Source: Octopus vulgaris
Taxonomy: Eukaryota
Assembly: GCA_951406725.2 (NCBI GenBank)
Contig: OX597818.1
Coordinates: 45,446,001 to 45,510,000, forward strand
DNA: 64,000 nucleotides
Reading direction: 5' to 3'
The number at the start of each line of letters is the position of its first letter. The first letter of the stretch is position 1. Made by a program: the position numbers and the translations under genes. Positions 1-12,399 of this stretch are shown one piece after another. The notes beneath the pieces were generated by a model. The model was not told the DNA's origin, ran no database searches, and saw only the letters and a program-made list of their open reading frames with translations.

Positions 1-208
1 TATATATATATATATACATTATATAAAAGGGCTTAGTAAAATAAATTACTTTGCCGCATACTGAACTCATTAGAAATAGCAGCTAAAAAACTTTTTTAAA
101 GCTATTTCTAATACTTAAAGAAAATCTCTCTCATATATAGTGTTTGCTTAATTCAACTCACAAAAGTTTGGGGGTAAGGACATCAAAAAATCGAATGCTA
201 AGGTTATT

Positions 209-260
209 TGAGAACGTACGTTTCAAGATTAGTCAAAACAACACTTCTATCATCAGCTCA
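209..260 (-). ncRNA. Minimal type I hammerhead ribozyme motif (Penelope-type)
   Basis: Minus strand reads TGAG-CTGATGA-tAGA..TCTt-GAAAC-GTAC-GTT-CTCA: canonical core, palindromic stem III (ACGTACGT), 4-bp stem I TGAG/CTCA. The element lies between two (TA)n tracts. Confidence 0.7.
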
Positions 261-441
261 GAAACTCCTTGGTTTGGATTTGGAAACACTGAAAGTAAGA
301 ACATACCCTTTCGAAGATCCGCTCGTAACTAACAGTGCCAACAAACCCAAATAAGCAAGCGAAGAATTTCTGTTCTCCCCTTTCCACCAGCGTGGGTTAA
401 AATCATCAAACACTATGCTTATTTCGGTAAAATCCGAAGCA

Positions 442-502
<61 letters not shown>

Positions 503-759
503 TAATATGGGATGAAGTTTTTTTACAGAAAAAAAATTTCATCAAAATGTGGCAGCATATTAAAATACCTTTAAAGATTAAAATTATAAACAACTTATAA
601 ACAAGGGCAAAAGAAAATTATTTCCATGCCAATATGCTGATAATAGACTTTTAAATCGTCAATTTCCACATATTCTTATATACCCACTACAGAAATACGT
701 TGTGTTGAAATCGGGGAAAGCCAGTCAACATTTTTTTTTAAACATTCGTAATTTCTTTT

Positions 760-1061
760 TTGAATCAATTTCGGAATTAATCTCATAGATTTCTTTCCTC
801 TTCAGTAGAAAATACGATAAGAAATAAATGAAATACCTACATGCGCCCATGGAAAAAAAAGCCGAAGCAAAAGTGATGAATACATATAAGTACCTCAGAT
901 ATATTTAAATATAAAATCCTTTGGATAGCCTCAGCACACGCGTGAACTGTTCTCCACCACAGCTTATATTGGGAGCATGTAAGAAAGTATTTCATTTATT
1001 TCTTATCGTATTTTCTACTGAAGGGGGAAAATCTATGAGATTAATTCCGAAATTGATTCAA
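760..1061. repeat. Inverted repeat (~90-bp arms) with a partial hammerhead-like core in each arm
   Basis: 760-850 is the reverse complement of ~970-1061. Arms read CTGAAG(A/G)-GGAA..TTCC-GAAAT but lack a clean stem III and stem I. Confidence 0.7.
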
Positions 1062-1083
1062 TATATATATATATATATATATA

Positions 1084-1283
1084 CTCTTTACTCTTTTACT
1101 CTTTTACTTGTTTCAGTCATTTGACTGCGGCCATGCTGGATCACCACCTTCTAGTCGAGCAAATCGACCCCGGGACTTATTCTTTGTAAACCCAGTACTT
1201 ATTCTATCGGTCTCTTTTGCCGAACCGCTAAGTGACGGGGACGTAAACACACCAGCATCGGTTGTCAAGCAATGCTAGCGGGA

Positions 1284-1323
<40 letters not shown>

Positions 1324-1510
1324 TACACATATATACATATATATACATATATACGACAGGCTTCTTTCAGTGTCCGTCTACCAAATCCACTCACAAGGCT
1401 TTGGTCGGCCCGGGGCTATAGCAGAAGACACTTGCCCAAGATGCCACGCAGTGGGACTGAACCCGGAACCATGTGGTTGGTTAGCAAGCTACTTACCACA
1501 CAGCCACTCC
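1084..1510 (-). mobile_element. SINE family A (tRNA-like head, CORE-like domain, internal microsatellite)
   Basis: A box TGGCTGTGTGG, B box GGTTCAGTCCC, CORE-like TTGGGCAAGTGTCTT, tail GTAAAAGA repeats. Over a dozen copies in the window. Confidence 0.9.
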
Positions 1511-1817
1511 AACTTATAAACAAGGGCAAAAGAAAATTATTTCCATGCCAATATGCTGATAACAGATTTTTAAATCGTCAATATGTACATAAATATATAC
1601 ATACATATGCACATCACAAAGAGGCATGCATATATATATACATAGGAAGGGGTGTACATTTCTGGCGTATGTTGTATTGTTACCCCATTCTTATTTTAGA
1701 CCGAGATTAAGTAAGCATCTTCATATGCAGACTGATTCAGTTGCTTGTCTAAGCATGATAACACATGGATGTATAGATATAATAGCTACATGGAGTATAC
1801 TAACTGAACCGTTGTGC

Positions 1818-2900
1818 TTAACTAGTGCGTGTTGGTGAAAAATGGAAGCGGAATTTTTTGTTCGTATAACTGTTCCGATGTTTCTTGGATCTCTCACGTA
1901 AATTTCGAACAGTCACTCCTATATAAGTTCGAATGAGGTTAGCAGAGGTTTCTACCAGGCAACTTATACAGTATACAGTAATCCTAATTTCTTTTGATAT
2001 GCGAGTTTGCATCTCATATTTCTTTTGATATGTGAGTTTGCATCTCATATTTGCAACTACTTTCACTAGTATCCTTTTCAAAATAGTAGGACCTACAAAT
2101 GATTGACATCGATTTTATATTAATATGCTGGGAAGTTTCTTCAAAATTTATTAGCGAATTTATTACCATTACATTATTAATCTAATTATTATGATACCTT
2201 GTCTAAAACTGGGGTCAATGCAACCGACTATGCCTCTCCCTCTCAAATATCTGGTCTTTTGCCAAAATTTGCGACCTTTATTATCATGCTATATAATGGT
2301 TTGGGCTGCCTTATTTTTGTCCCTAACAACTATTTTCCAAAATTTGTGGTATAAAGGATATATACCGTCTGCATTATTTTTTAGAATGTTAGCCAAGCTT
2401 CACTTTGTTATTTTATGAAGTCTAAACCTATCTTTTGATGTGAGCAGTGACAATTGTATTGGGGAAATTCAGAAGACAAAATACTGAGTATGTTTTTGCC
2501 TTTCTTGGAGTTGGCACCTCGTTGACATATTCGTCAGCACACTTATGATACCCGTCATTAAGATGTTTATTTTATCAGTTTCCGCCATTACAGAATATTG
2601 CTATGGGTTTTCTATTAGGTGAGGTCAGCATATATGTTTTGGGTGTACCGTTGGTGGTAACGTTTTCTATCTGTAACTCAGTGTCCATTCTCAAGTAAAC
2701 GTCTGCTTGAGATATAGTCGATTGTTGCTTTAATATTATTTTGGATGAAATTTTTCTATGTACAGTATTATACACATCGTGTGTTCTTCATCTACATTCT
2801 TGTAAGTATGAGGTTAATGTCTGTCTCATACCGTGAGTTAAGTGCTAGACTTGCTATTTTCTGTCTAAATTGCTGATTCCACCACATCCTAAAAAGACTG
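1818..2900 (-). pseudogene. Degraded Penelope-like element (RT thumb to GIY-YIG endonuclease)
   Basis: ORF 1818-2081 has VYCISC..TYIGVTVRNLRERSKKHRNS (GIY-YIG-like). Upstream frames give YPLYHKFWKI and TPKTYMLTSPNRKP, resembling PLE linker/thumb motifs. Confidence 0.6.
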
Positions 2901-3277
2901 GTGATGACTCCGGAAAAGAGAAAAAGGTAAAAGGGTTTGTTAGTAAATGACGAGCAAATACAGTATAAGTAAAAAGAGAGAACGTGGTAGTGAGTACGTT
3001 GATCTAGTCATACATCGAGGGAGAAAGGTTGGAAACGATAATAAATAGGCAGATAAGTACAGTGTTCCAGTCAAATATTTAACGAGAGAGAGAGAGAGAG
3101 AAGATAGAGATCAAATGAGTGCGTTCTTCAATCATATATTAAGTGGCTAATCTATCATGAAATGATGAAAAGAAAATCTATTGTTTAGACAAAGCTTATA
3201 GATACCAATAAATGAAGTTATGATCAAGATTGCTTAGTTATTTGCATTTGGTGTTCATATATGTATGCATGTATGCG

Positions 3278-3316
<39 letters not shown>

Positions 3317-3317
3317 C

Positions 3318-3682
3318 CGCAGGCGTGGCTATGTGGTAAGAACATGGTTCCGATTTCTGTGTTACTGCGTGGCGCCTTAGGAAAATGTCTTCTGCAAAGC
3401 GTTGTTAAGGGATTTGGTAGACGAAAACTGAAAGAATCCCGTCCGCTGTGTGTGTGTGTGTATATGTGTGTGCCTGTGTGTGTGTCTGTGTGTGTGAGTT
3501 TGTGGGTGCGTGTGTCTGTGTGCGTATGTTTGAGTTGTACCGCCAATTGATAACCGGTGCTGGTGTGTTTGCGTTCCCGTAACTTGGCGGTTCGGCCAAA
3601 GAGACGGATACAATAAGCACTGTGTTGATTCGTTCAACTAAAATTCTTGAAGGTTGTGTCCCAGCATGGCCCCAGTCTAATG
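3318..3682 (+). mobile_element. SINE family A, diverged copy
   Basis: Colinear with other A copies (GCAGGCGTGGCTATGTGGTAAG..GGATTTGGTAGACG..CCAGCATGGCC). Confidence 0.85.
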
Positions 3683-3705
3683 ATATATATATATATATAT
3701 ATATA

Positions 3706-4330
3706 TGCTGTAGGCATCCTTTTGTCTCGGGAGACCATGGAGATGCGTATAAACTAATCCAGTCTGGTTTTTACATTTCATGTCCTTTCCAGTTTTGTGC
3801 AGGCCTGTGCTAGAGGTAAGAAAATCCTGGGTAGCCCAATCGTCAGGATTTCTCTCTCGACCTTACTGAAGTAGTCTAAAGGAGTGCCGAGCATTACTTT
3901 TGCCACCAGCTTGGTTGTAGGAGCTGCCAGAAGAGCGTCAAGTCGAGCACTAAACCGCCTACGTGGCTCCCCTCTGGATTTCCTTGATGGTTGTCTCCTT
4001 TCCGTAACACCGGATAGGGGCCCATACCTATTTCTTTATTACCCACAAGGGGCTAAACACAGAGGGGACAAACAAGGACAGACATAGGTATTAAGTTGAT
4101 TACATCGACCCCAGTGCGTAACTGGTACTTAATTTATCGACCCCGAAAGGATGAAAGGCAAAGTCGACCTCGGCGGAATTTGAACTCACAACGTAACGCA
4201 GACGAAATACCACTAAGCCATTTCGCCCGGCGTGCTAACGTTTCTGCCAGCTCGCCGCCTAAGATAGGGGCCCATACCGGGTACTGTCAGCTGGGACCAG
4301 CTGAGCCCGGGACTCGTGTCAAGCAGGGTC
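3706..4330 (-). mobile_element. RTE/BovB-like non-autonomous element interrupted by SINE B
   Basis: Minus-strand 3' end CCATGGTCTCCCGAGACAAAAGGATGCCTAC resembles RTE/BovB-type 3' termini as recalled; GC-rich non-coding body. Confidence 0.5.
4029..4262 (-). mobile_element. SINE family B, full length, 16-bp TSD
   Basis: Head GGCGGCGAGCTGGCAGAA..GAGTTCAAATTCC, conserved GGTCGACTTTGCCTTTCATCCTTTCGGGGTCGATAAATTAAGTACC domain (Meta-SINE-like). TSD GATAGGGGCCCATACC at 4013-4028 and 4263-4278. Confidence 0.92.
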
Positions 4331-4749
4331 GTTTCATTCTTGGAGCATTTAGAATTAACCAAAACATAAAAGGAAGAAAACACACAAACGAAACACAGAT
4401 GTTTCCCACCCACCACGATGCGCCGCAAAGACTACACATATCATACCACTACACGTATTCCATTTCCAGAAGATCACCAACCTTAAAGATACACATTCCT
4501 CATGAACTTTTTTCCAGACAGCTCTCCTCGACTTGCATCAAAATCATCCCCAGAGATGATGTTTTGATACCAAGGCACATAACTCTTAACGTAACCCCTA
4601 GTGCGAAACTAGTTGCTAAGATCGACCGTAATGGATATATATAATACTGTACACTTTGATTAATACACCCACTCTACTGTCAGATATACGAGTGCATTTT
4701 ACCTTGACTTACTGATTTTTAGGCAGCTTACACATCTATACATACATGA

Positions 4750-4787
<38 letters not shown>

Positions 4788-5038
4788 TTGTGTGTGTGTG
4801 TGTGTGTGTGCAAGGGAGAGAGAGAAGGAATCAGAGAATCCAAGTATTTGCCTATGGAATCACTCCTGCGAAAAGTGGCTAGATATATATAAAGATATAT
4901 ATATAAGTTCAGCAAAATTTAGATTCAGATGAATATGATATTTAAGTTAAAGGCAACCAGAATTTTGTATGGTATTATCCATATAAATCAAATGGGGTGA
5001 TTATAATAAAAATAAGCAACAAGAATATCCGAGATAGA

Positions 5039-5124
5039 GTAGTACAATTGTTTCATGCTACTTCATTTTATTAAACACTGTAAGTATTACATCAGTTTTA
5101 AAATGTCGAGCAATCTTCAGCCAC
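5039..5124 (-). ncRNA. Type I hammerhead motif, left arm
   Basis: Mirror copy of the 5396-5481 motif. Confidence 0.6.
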
Positions 5125-5395
5125 ATGTAGAATTTTCCAATTAAACGGACAATGCACATTCTTATCCATATTTCATTTGCCAACATTATAAAGACGGTAG
5201 ATATATAGACAGAGAGGTTAATTTCATTCTTAAGAACATGATAGTAGTATATTCATTCTCCGTCTGAACATACAACTATCATGTTCTTAAGAATGAAATT
5301 AACCTCTCTGTCTATATATCTACCGTCTTTATAATGTTGGCAAATGAAATAGGGATAAGAATGTGCATTGCCCGTTTAATTGGAAAATTCTATAT

Positions 5396-5481
5396 GTGGC
5401 TGAAGATTGCTCGACATTTTAAAACTGATGTAATACTTACAGTGTTTAATAAAATGAAGTAGCATGAAACAATTGTACTAC
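5396..5481 (+). ncRNA. Type I hammerhead motif with long stem II loop
   Basis: GTGG-CTGAAGA-tTGCT..~50 nt..AGCAt-GAAAC-AATT-GTA-CTAC; palindromic stem III, stem I GTGG/CTAC. Confidence 0.62.
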
Positions 5482-5513
5482 TCTACCTCGGATATCCTTG
5501 TTGCTTATTTTGA

Positions 5514-5785
<272 letters not shown>

Positions 5786-6678
5786 TATATGTCGGTATTT
5801 CTCTCTGTGTTACGTATCCGATATTGTTCGGATCTATTGTACTTTAGATATCAACAGATTTTCGTCAGATGGAATCTGTAATAATTACACATTATAGAAG
5901 CCAGTAATTGTTTCGTCTTTCACATTTCGCAAAATCAGGATCGCTACTCAAACTCTAATTACCAACTTGTGTAGAGACACATCTGGTACTTTCAGAATAT
6001 TTAAGAACTCAATAAGATAATTAACGCATTTTTAAAACTCTTTCTTTTTATATTTTTTGTTTTTCGGTTATGTAATTTATTTTATACAACATTTGTTATT
6101 GAAAATATTTGCGAAGCTATGCAGGTTTTCACTGATAGTAACTGAATACTTTATTCTCAACTAGAAAAAAAATTAACTATATCGCTTTTGTTTGGAAGCA
6201 GTAAATAGAACAGTTAATTGAAGTTATTTAGTTTATCAACAATGAAAAACTGCAGGGAAATACTCAGAGACACCTGTTGTGTGATTAACAAACAGTAAAG
6301 TGAGTACTAGCATGCCTAACGTAGTCAGCTGAGCAACGTTGATTAAAATTATGCCTTCTCTCAGCACCAGTCGTAAGCGAAATAGGAGATAATTCCCGAA
6401 TTTTAATTTATTAAAATAATTAAAAATTAAGTGTGATCATTCTCTTGTTACAATGCTGTTTAGTGTTCGTTCACAAACAATTTATACGTTTCTTCAATTA
6501 TCTAATATCTGGTAGTAAAGTTTAGACTATGCTTCGCTGGTCAGGTTTAATTATGCAAAAGAATGTTCAGAGTGGTCGCTCTACTGCCAAAGATCGAACT
6601 CAGTGCGGCATTACATTTGTTTTAATTAATTGTATTTTATTTAAATACAGTTTGTTCTCTCCCCTTCTTGATAATATT

Positions 6679-7216
6679 CTTTTCTACTCTAGGCACAAGT
6701 CCCAAAATTTTGGGGGAGGGGGCCAGTCGATTAGAACGACTTCGAAAGGATGAAAAGCAAAGTCGACCTCGGCGGGATTTGAACTCAGAACGTAAAGAGA
6801 CGAAATACCTATTTCTTTACTACCCACAAGGGGCTAAACACAGAGAGGACAAACAAGGACAGGATTAAGTCGATCATATCGATCCCAGTGCGTAACTGGT
6901 ACTTATTTAATCGACCCCGAAAGGATGAAAGGTAAAGTCGACCTCGGCGGAATTTGAACTCAGAACGTAGCGGCAGACGAAATACCTATTTTTTTACTAC
7001 CCACAAGGGGCTAAACACAGAGGGGACAAACAAGGACAGACAAACGGATTAAGTCGATTATATCGACCCCAGTGCGTAACTAGTACTTATTTAATCGACC
7101 CCGAAAGGATGAAAGCAAAGTCGACCTCGGCGGAATTTGAACACAGAACGTAGGGGTAGACGAAATACCGCTAAACATTTCGCCCGGCGTGCTAAAGCTT
7201 CTGCCAGCTCGTCGCT
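6679..7216 (-). mobile_element. SINE B head-to-tail array (one head, three bodies)
   Basis: ~180-bp units joined at GAAATACC|TATTT; outer TSD TTCTTGATAATATT at 6665-6678 and 7221-7234. Confidence 0.9.
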
Positions 7217-7764
7217 TTCTTTCTTGATAATATTAGTTAAATAAAGCTTCATGTCTCACAAGATCAACTATGTTATAACTTACTTTGCTAATCAAACAAC
7301 ACCTGAGAAACAATGTTGTATATTTACAATTTCCTGTCCTTCTGTGTGATATCGTTGACAGATTAATGGCAGCAAAAAATCAAAGACGAAACTTATTTCT
7401 TAATTAGGTACAGATATCCTGGTTTATGGGAAAGCGGAATTTGTGACTGTACGAAGTTCGTAACTTGCTGAAAATCATAAATGTTATAAATAAAGCTATA
7501 CGAGCAACAAACGCCGAAGGATCATCGTTACAGATCGATGCTCAATAAATACCAGGTACCAGATAATAATTTCCACCCCGTTCCTCTTTATTATCAGATA
7601 TTAATTTCCACCGCATTCCCCGTGAAAGGGGAATGAGGTGGAAATAGGGTTTTATCAAAGGGTATTCATGACACAATTGAAATATATTCGTTTGGAAATC
7701 AAAACTAGTACACGGACTCGATTTACTTTCAACTTGCCTTCTCTGGCGCTCGAGTTGATGAGGG

Positions 7765-7962
7765 TATCTCTACTTGGTCGTTTGACCTGCTAGAATTAAC
7801 CGGCAGATCTCCCTCATATTGCATCGGTCATATTGAAAAAAGAAAGGAACACGTTAGAGAGTATAGTTTTACATATGCGAAACATGGGACGGTCGCGGCT
7901 GGGCTGTCTTTGTTCATAAGTCTTCTCAGCTAGAGCTGAACTGGTGCTAAATAACAGAAACT
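7765..7962 (+). mobile_element. Old interspersed repeat (family E; related copies near 16430, 19560, 21815, 24030, 24520, 32110, 50825)
   Basis: Shared motif GACCTGCTAGAAATA(A/G)CAGC(C/T)AAATCTCCCTC, and ..GATCATAG..GGGCTAAACAAC tail in several copies. Confidence 0.6.
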
Positions 7963-9062
7963 TTAATGCGCTGACGAGGAATAAACTTTAAGAAAAGATT
8001 CTTTCAAATATTTTATAGGATAAGCAATTTAACACATTGATAATAACTGCGTTACACTGTAATAGAATGCCATATTTTATATTTTGATGTATTTTGTTCC
8101 ACGCATCTTGATTCTAAAGTCAAATTTTTATAGATTTGATTAATTTTCTTCCCATTATGAGGATTGATGAAATTTTATTTTATTGATTTGGCTAAAAGTT
8201 TGAAGTTTTGAGGGAAGGGACTTAGTCGATACCATCGACCCTAGTATTTGACTGGTAGTTTATTTTATCGGCCCAGGGTGGATTAAAGAAAAATTTGATC
8301 TCGGTGGGATTGAACTCAGAACAGAAAAGGCCCGAAGAAATATAACAAGGAATTTCTGTCTCAGAATTTTAACGATTCTAATAGTTCATTGCCCCCAGGT
8401 GTGGGTAAAATAACAACAGTAACATTCGGGAATCTTGATCTGGAACTTTCAAGAACTTGCAGTTGAAAGAGAATTTTAAATATTGCTCCAGCAAATTGCA
8501 TATGTAATCTGGAAATGTAATTATTTCTAAAACCCATCTCATCCATGCCAACATCGAAAAATGGAGGAAAATGCATTAAGAATAAAAAAAAAGTAAAAGC
8601 CTGTATTTAATATGATGTTGGTTCGTTGAGATACTTGATATCTCTCATCTCTAGAGCCTTTAATGGAGTGAGCAGGTAGAATCGTTAGCGAGTCGGATGA
8701 AATGCTTAGCAGCGTTTCTTCCGGCTCTTTATGTTCTGGTTCAAATTTCGTCGCCGAGAGCCACTTTGCTTTCCGTCGGTAAGATAAAATACATGGGATC
8801 GATACAATTGACTTACCCACGACCTTAAAATTAACGGGTTTATGCCAGAATCAGAAACCATTTCTAAAGATTTTTTTTTCTGGTATAAAAATATACATTT
8901 ATTATTTTTTTTTTTTTGTTTTTCACTTTGTGAGTCCTTACCGCAATAGAAAACTAGCCTGGTGGGTAATTAACAGAAGTTGCCGCTAGAAGACATGGCC
9001 TTTGACAGACAATACGACAATGGTACTGTAACAAATATTAGTTATGTACTGTTAAAAAATAA

Positions 9063-9340
9063 GTGGAGGCACATGGCCTAGTGGTTAGAGCAGCGGACTC
9101 GCGGTTGGGGGATCGCGGGTGATGTGTCTGTTTATGAGCGAAGCACCTAAACCCACGCGGCTCCGGCAAAAGGTAATGGCAAACTTCTGCTGACTCTTTC
9201 GCAACAACTTTCTCTCACTCTTTTCTCCTGCATCTTGCAGCTCACCTGCGACGGACCGGCGTCCCGTCCAGTTGGGGAATCCTATACGCCAAGGAAACCG
9301 GGAAACCGGCCCTATGAGCCAGGCGTGGCTCGAGAAGATT
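9063..9340 (+). mobile_element. SINE family C, tail type ii
   Basis: tRNA-like head GTGGAGGCACATGGCCTAGTGGTTAGAGCAGCGGACTCG; tail GCGACGGACCGGCGTCCCGTCCAG..GAAACCGGCCCTATGAGCC. Confidence 0.85.
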
Positions 9341-9879
9341 CTCCTTTAACAACTGTTAAAATAAAATTGGCTATATTTTCAAAGAAAAGCTACTTCGATA
9401 CTAGCCCTGAAGTGAGAATTGATTTACATATGAAAGTTTAGCTATATTTTTATATTTCTATGTCAAGCATTTAACTATATACTAATCGAAAATATCAGGA
9501 CTTTTCAACCATCTCGACTGTGTTAGTATGTTATTCAGCATCAACAATTACATTCTGTTCAAAAGTGAACATCTGGGCTTAATATCGTTTGAATGCCACT
9601 TTATTCCCAGTAGATCTCAAATCTCCCATAAGGATGATGGTAGCCCATATGTCACCTTGTCCAAGTAGTATCTTGTATATTTATTAGAGACACTTTAATG
9701 CAGTTACGTTGACAAGCTGTAGGCGAAGGTCACTAGATGACACATAGAATAAAGTTCTTCTGTATCACATGGACGTTCAGTGATTCACTTAACTTGATGG
9801 GACGAACTGGGAACAACATCAGCAACGAAGTCTCCTCAGGAAACAGAGCCAGCCCGGCATTCTTTCTGGATCGATGGTC

Positions 9880-10330
9880 TAGTCTATATTTTGGGGAGCT
9901 TGCTATATGCACTTAAGCTTCTCGTACATCTGGCATATGGTGTGTCTCTATTAACGTAATTGCTATGGTATATTGTGTGTTGAGCAGATCTTTTAAAAAA
10001 TGGATCGTGTTCTGGTACTTTTTATTTTTTATATTCCTTGAACAATCCAAAGAACTGGTGTTGGTATGTGCGATGCAAATTCTGGTTAGACTTGTGGCAA
10101 GCTGTGTAGTAGAGCAAGTATTTGTTTCTGCAGATGTTAGAGAAATTTCGAATATCGTACCTGGATTTTTTTGCATGACCCGTAATTGTTTTCAGTGTCT
10201 TAAGGGTTTGTATATAAACGTAGTTGTTCTAAAAATATGCAGATGGGACTTTGTTTGGAATATTACTGTTTTATTATATCGAGTGTAAGAAACTTTGGGT
10301 GTTTCGTTAGAGATGCAATAGGAAAAGGAA
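9880..10330 (-). pseudogene. Highly degraded LINE ORF2 C-terminal fragment (Jockey/L2-like)
   Basis: Frame-broken translation with YK..IFE and QN..IHFL spacing reminiscent of the post-RT region; weak. Confidence 0.3.
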
Positions 10331-10970
10331 TTGTAAGTTATCCTTGCTTGAGATTTTATGCCATTAATTTCGCGTTCGTAATTAACATGTTATCTTTCCC
10401 ACGCATAAATTTATTTTTAAATTTTATTTAGCCGTTTTATACCGGGTATATTTATTTACTGTTAATTTATTTTTCCATTGTTTACTTTCGTTTCTCTATT
10501 ATTTAACAGTTTTATTCCGATTTAATGTTTGAATAGATGCATATGTCCTCGTTTATTACTGGTGTTTGGTTACAAAAAAGCAAGAACACTGCATTTTAAT
10601 ACGGTGAATCAGAGATAAATGACTAATAGAACATTTTGGAGCAAAAGTTTTCGTTTCGAAATCCAAATTATCCTACGCCTACTTTCTCAAATTTCTGTGA
10701 GAGATTTTCAACAAGATAAATGCACACTTTTTTTTTTATTTCAGTAAGTTTTATTTCGATTTGTCTCGCCAAACGCTATTCAATTTGGAAATTAAATCGT
10801 CGGATAATGACTCGATATGTAATACCATAATATCACGCGCCAAATTATTTGATAACTTTTTGATAAATCTCATACAAATAATTCATTAAGGTGCTTATCC
10901 TATTCCTAAAAAATCACTGAGCGTTTACTGGTGTTTGTGTTAGCTTCGTATTGAATCACAAATAAACGTA

Positions 10971-11500
10971 CAGTAATGACTCGATATACGAGTTAACTTT
11001 TTCCCGGAGGCCGATCGTAAAGTAAAAACTCGTAAAGCAGAGCAATAATTTCCCATAGTAGTAGCAATGTTGTAAATTCGTTCCCAGAAAACATATTTAC
11101 CTATAAAATTTATAATACACGTAAATAAATGGTAATAAAACAACAGTAGAATGTAAAGAATATTTACAAATATAAAAGTGCCAAGATTATTTATGATAAA
11201 AAGATATTATTATCATCGTTTTCTGAATCACTTTCACTCCCACTAGACTCACACACACCATCACTTGTAGACGGACTTGTGGATTTCTTTTTAAAGCACA
11301 AGTCTAGAGTTGTTTGCTTAGAAGCTTTTTTTCGCTCTCTATAAAGTTCTCAGTAACACGCATAAGTATTTGTTATGACAGGAGAATCTTTCGCGCTTCG
11401 TTCAAAATTTGGATCTTGTGCCTTGAAAAATATATTATAAAATAAAATTCGTAAAGCCGGGGTCTCGTAAAGCGAGTCCTCGTAAAATGAGGTATGCTTG
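10971..11500. mobile_element. pogo/Tigger-like MITE
   Basis: TA|CAGTAATGACTCGATATACGAG ... CTCGTAAAATGAGGTATGCTTG|TA imperfect TIRs, TA flanks, subterminal CTCGTAAA repeats. Confidence 0.7.
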
Positions 11501-11562
11501 TACATAAATAATGATTATGTTGGCAGTGTTTAGTAAGGAATTTATTTGATCGTCTCTCTCTT

Positions 11563-11815
11563 TACTCTTTTGCTCTTTTACTTGTTTCAGTCATTTGACT
11601 GCAGCCATGCTGGAGCACCGCCTTCAGTCGAGCAAATCGACCACAGGACTTATTCTTTGGAAGCCTAGTATTTATTCTATCGGTCACTTTTGCCGAACCG
11701 CTAAGTTGCGGGAACGTAAACACACCAGCATTGCTTGTCATGCGATGTTGGGGGGACAAACACCGACACACAAACATATACACACACATACATACAAATA
11801 TATATATATATATAT
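11563..11815 (-). mobile_element. SINE A, 3' half
   Basis: Matches the A tail and stops in the internal (TA)n. Confidence 0.88.
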
Positions 11816-11816
11816 T

Positions 11817-12090
11817 AGAAGAAATGAGGTACTCAGAAATTCGGATGGTTTTATATTTACAGATATCTAATTGTATATTACATGTTTTTATACATCATAT
11901 AACTTATATCATATATTATATATTAGCGCTTTCGTCCATTCTGGTGGAGTTTTCAAATTGAACTAAGTTCTTGTGGAAAAATTTTGACCATTTTATAGTG
12001 TTATTGAGTGTGTAGTGGTGGGGAGGGATATAAGATAGTACAAGAGGGTGATGAATGGGGAGAAAGTGAGAGAGAGAGAGAGAGCATGTG

Positions 12091-12130
<40 letters not shown>

Positions 12131-12395
12131 GTATCTGAAAGTGGTGTTAAAGAAGGACAGGAAGAAAAGGGAGAGAGGGAAGAAGAAAAAAATGTTTTGC
12201 TGGTTTCTTTTGTAATTGGTCAGGATGTTTACTCCAAGGGGGGTCTAAGATCTTGGGGAAAAAATTTGACCATTTTATTGTGTTATTGAGTGTGTAGTTT
12301 TGGGAAGGGATATAAGATAGTACAAGAGGGTGATGAATGCGGAGAAAGTGAGAGAGATCATGTGTGTGTGGGGGTGTGTGTGCATGTGTGTGACA
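11817..12395 (-). mobile_element. Putative Penelope-type terminal repeat with internal direct duplication
   Basis: ~11975-12120 is repeated at ~12255-12392. Degenerate hammerhead-like TTGAAAA-cTCCA..TGGAc-GAAAG-CG-CTA at 11922-11960 (minus). Confidence 0.4.
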
Positions 12396-12399
12396 ATAA

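Larger units (their letters stand above)
5009..5511. repeat. Long inverted repeat (~247-bp arms, 9-nt spacer)
   Basis: 5009-5255 is a near-perfect reverse complement of 5265-5511; (TA)n follows on the right. Confidence 0.95.

Noticed and set aside
4096-4644. Recurrent peptide WYLIYRPRKDERQSRPRRNLNS suggesting a gene family
   Set aside because: It is the antisense reading of the SINE B conserved domain.
6679-7216. CRISPR-like or satellite array
   Set aside because: Units are ~180-bp SINE bodies without unique spacers, in a eukaryotic context.
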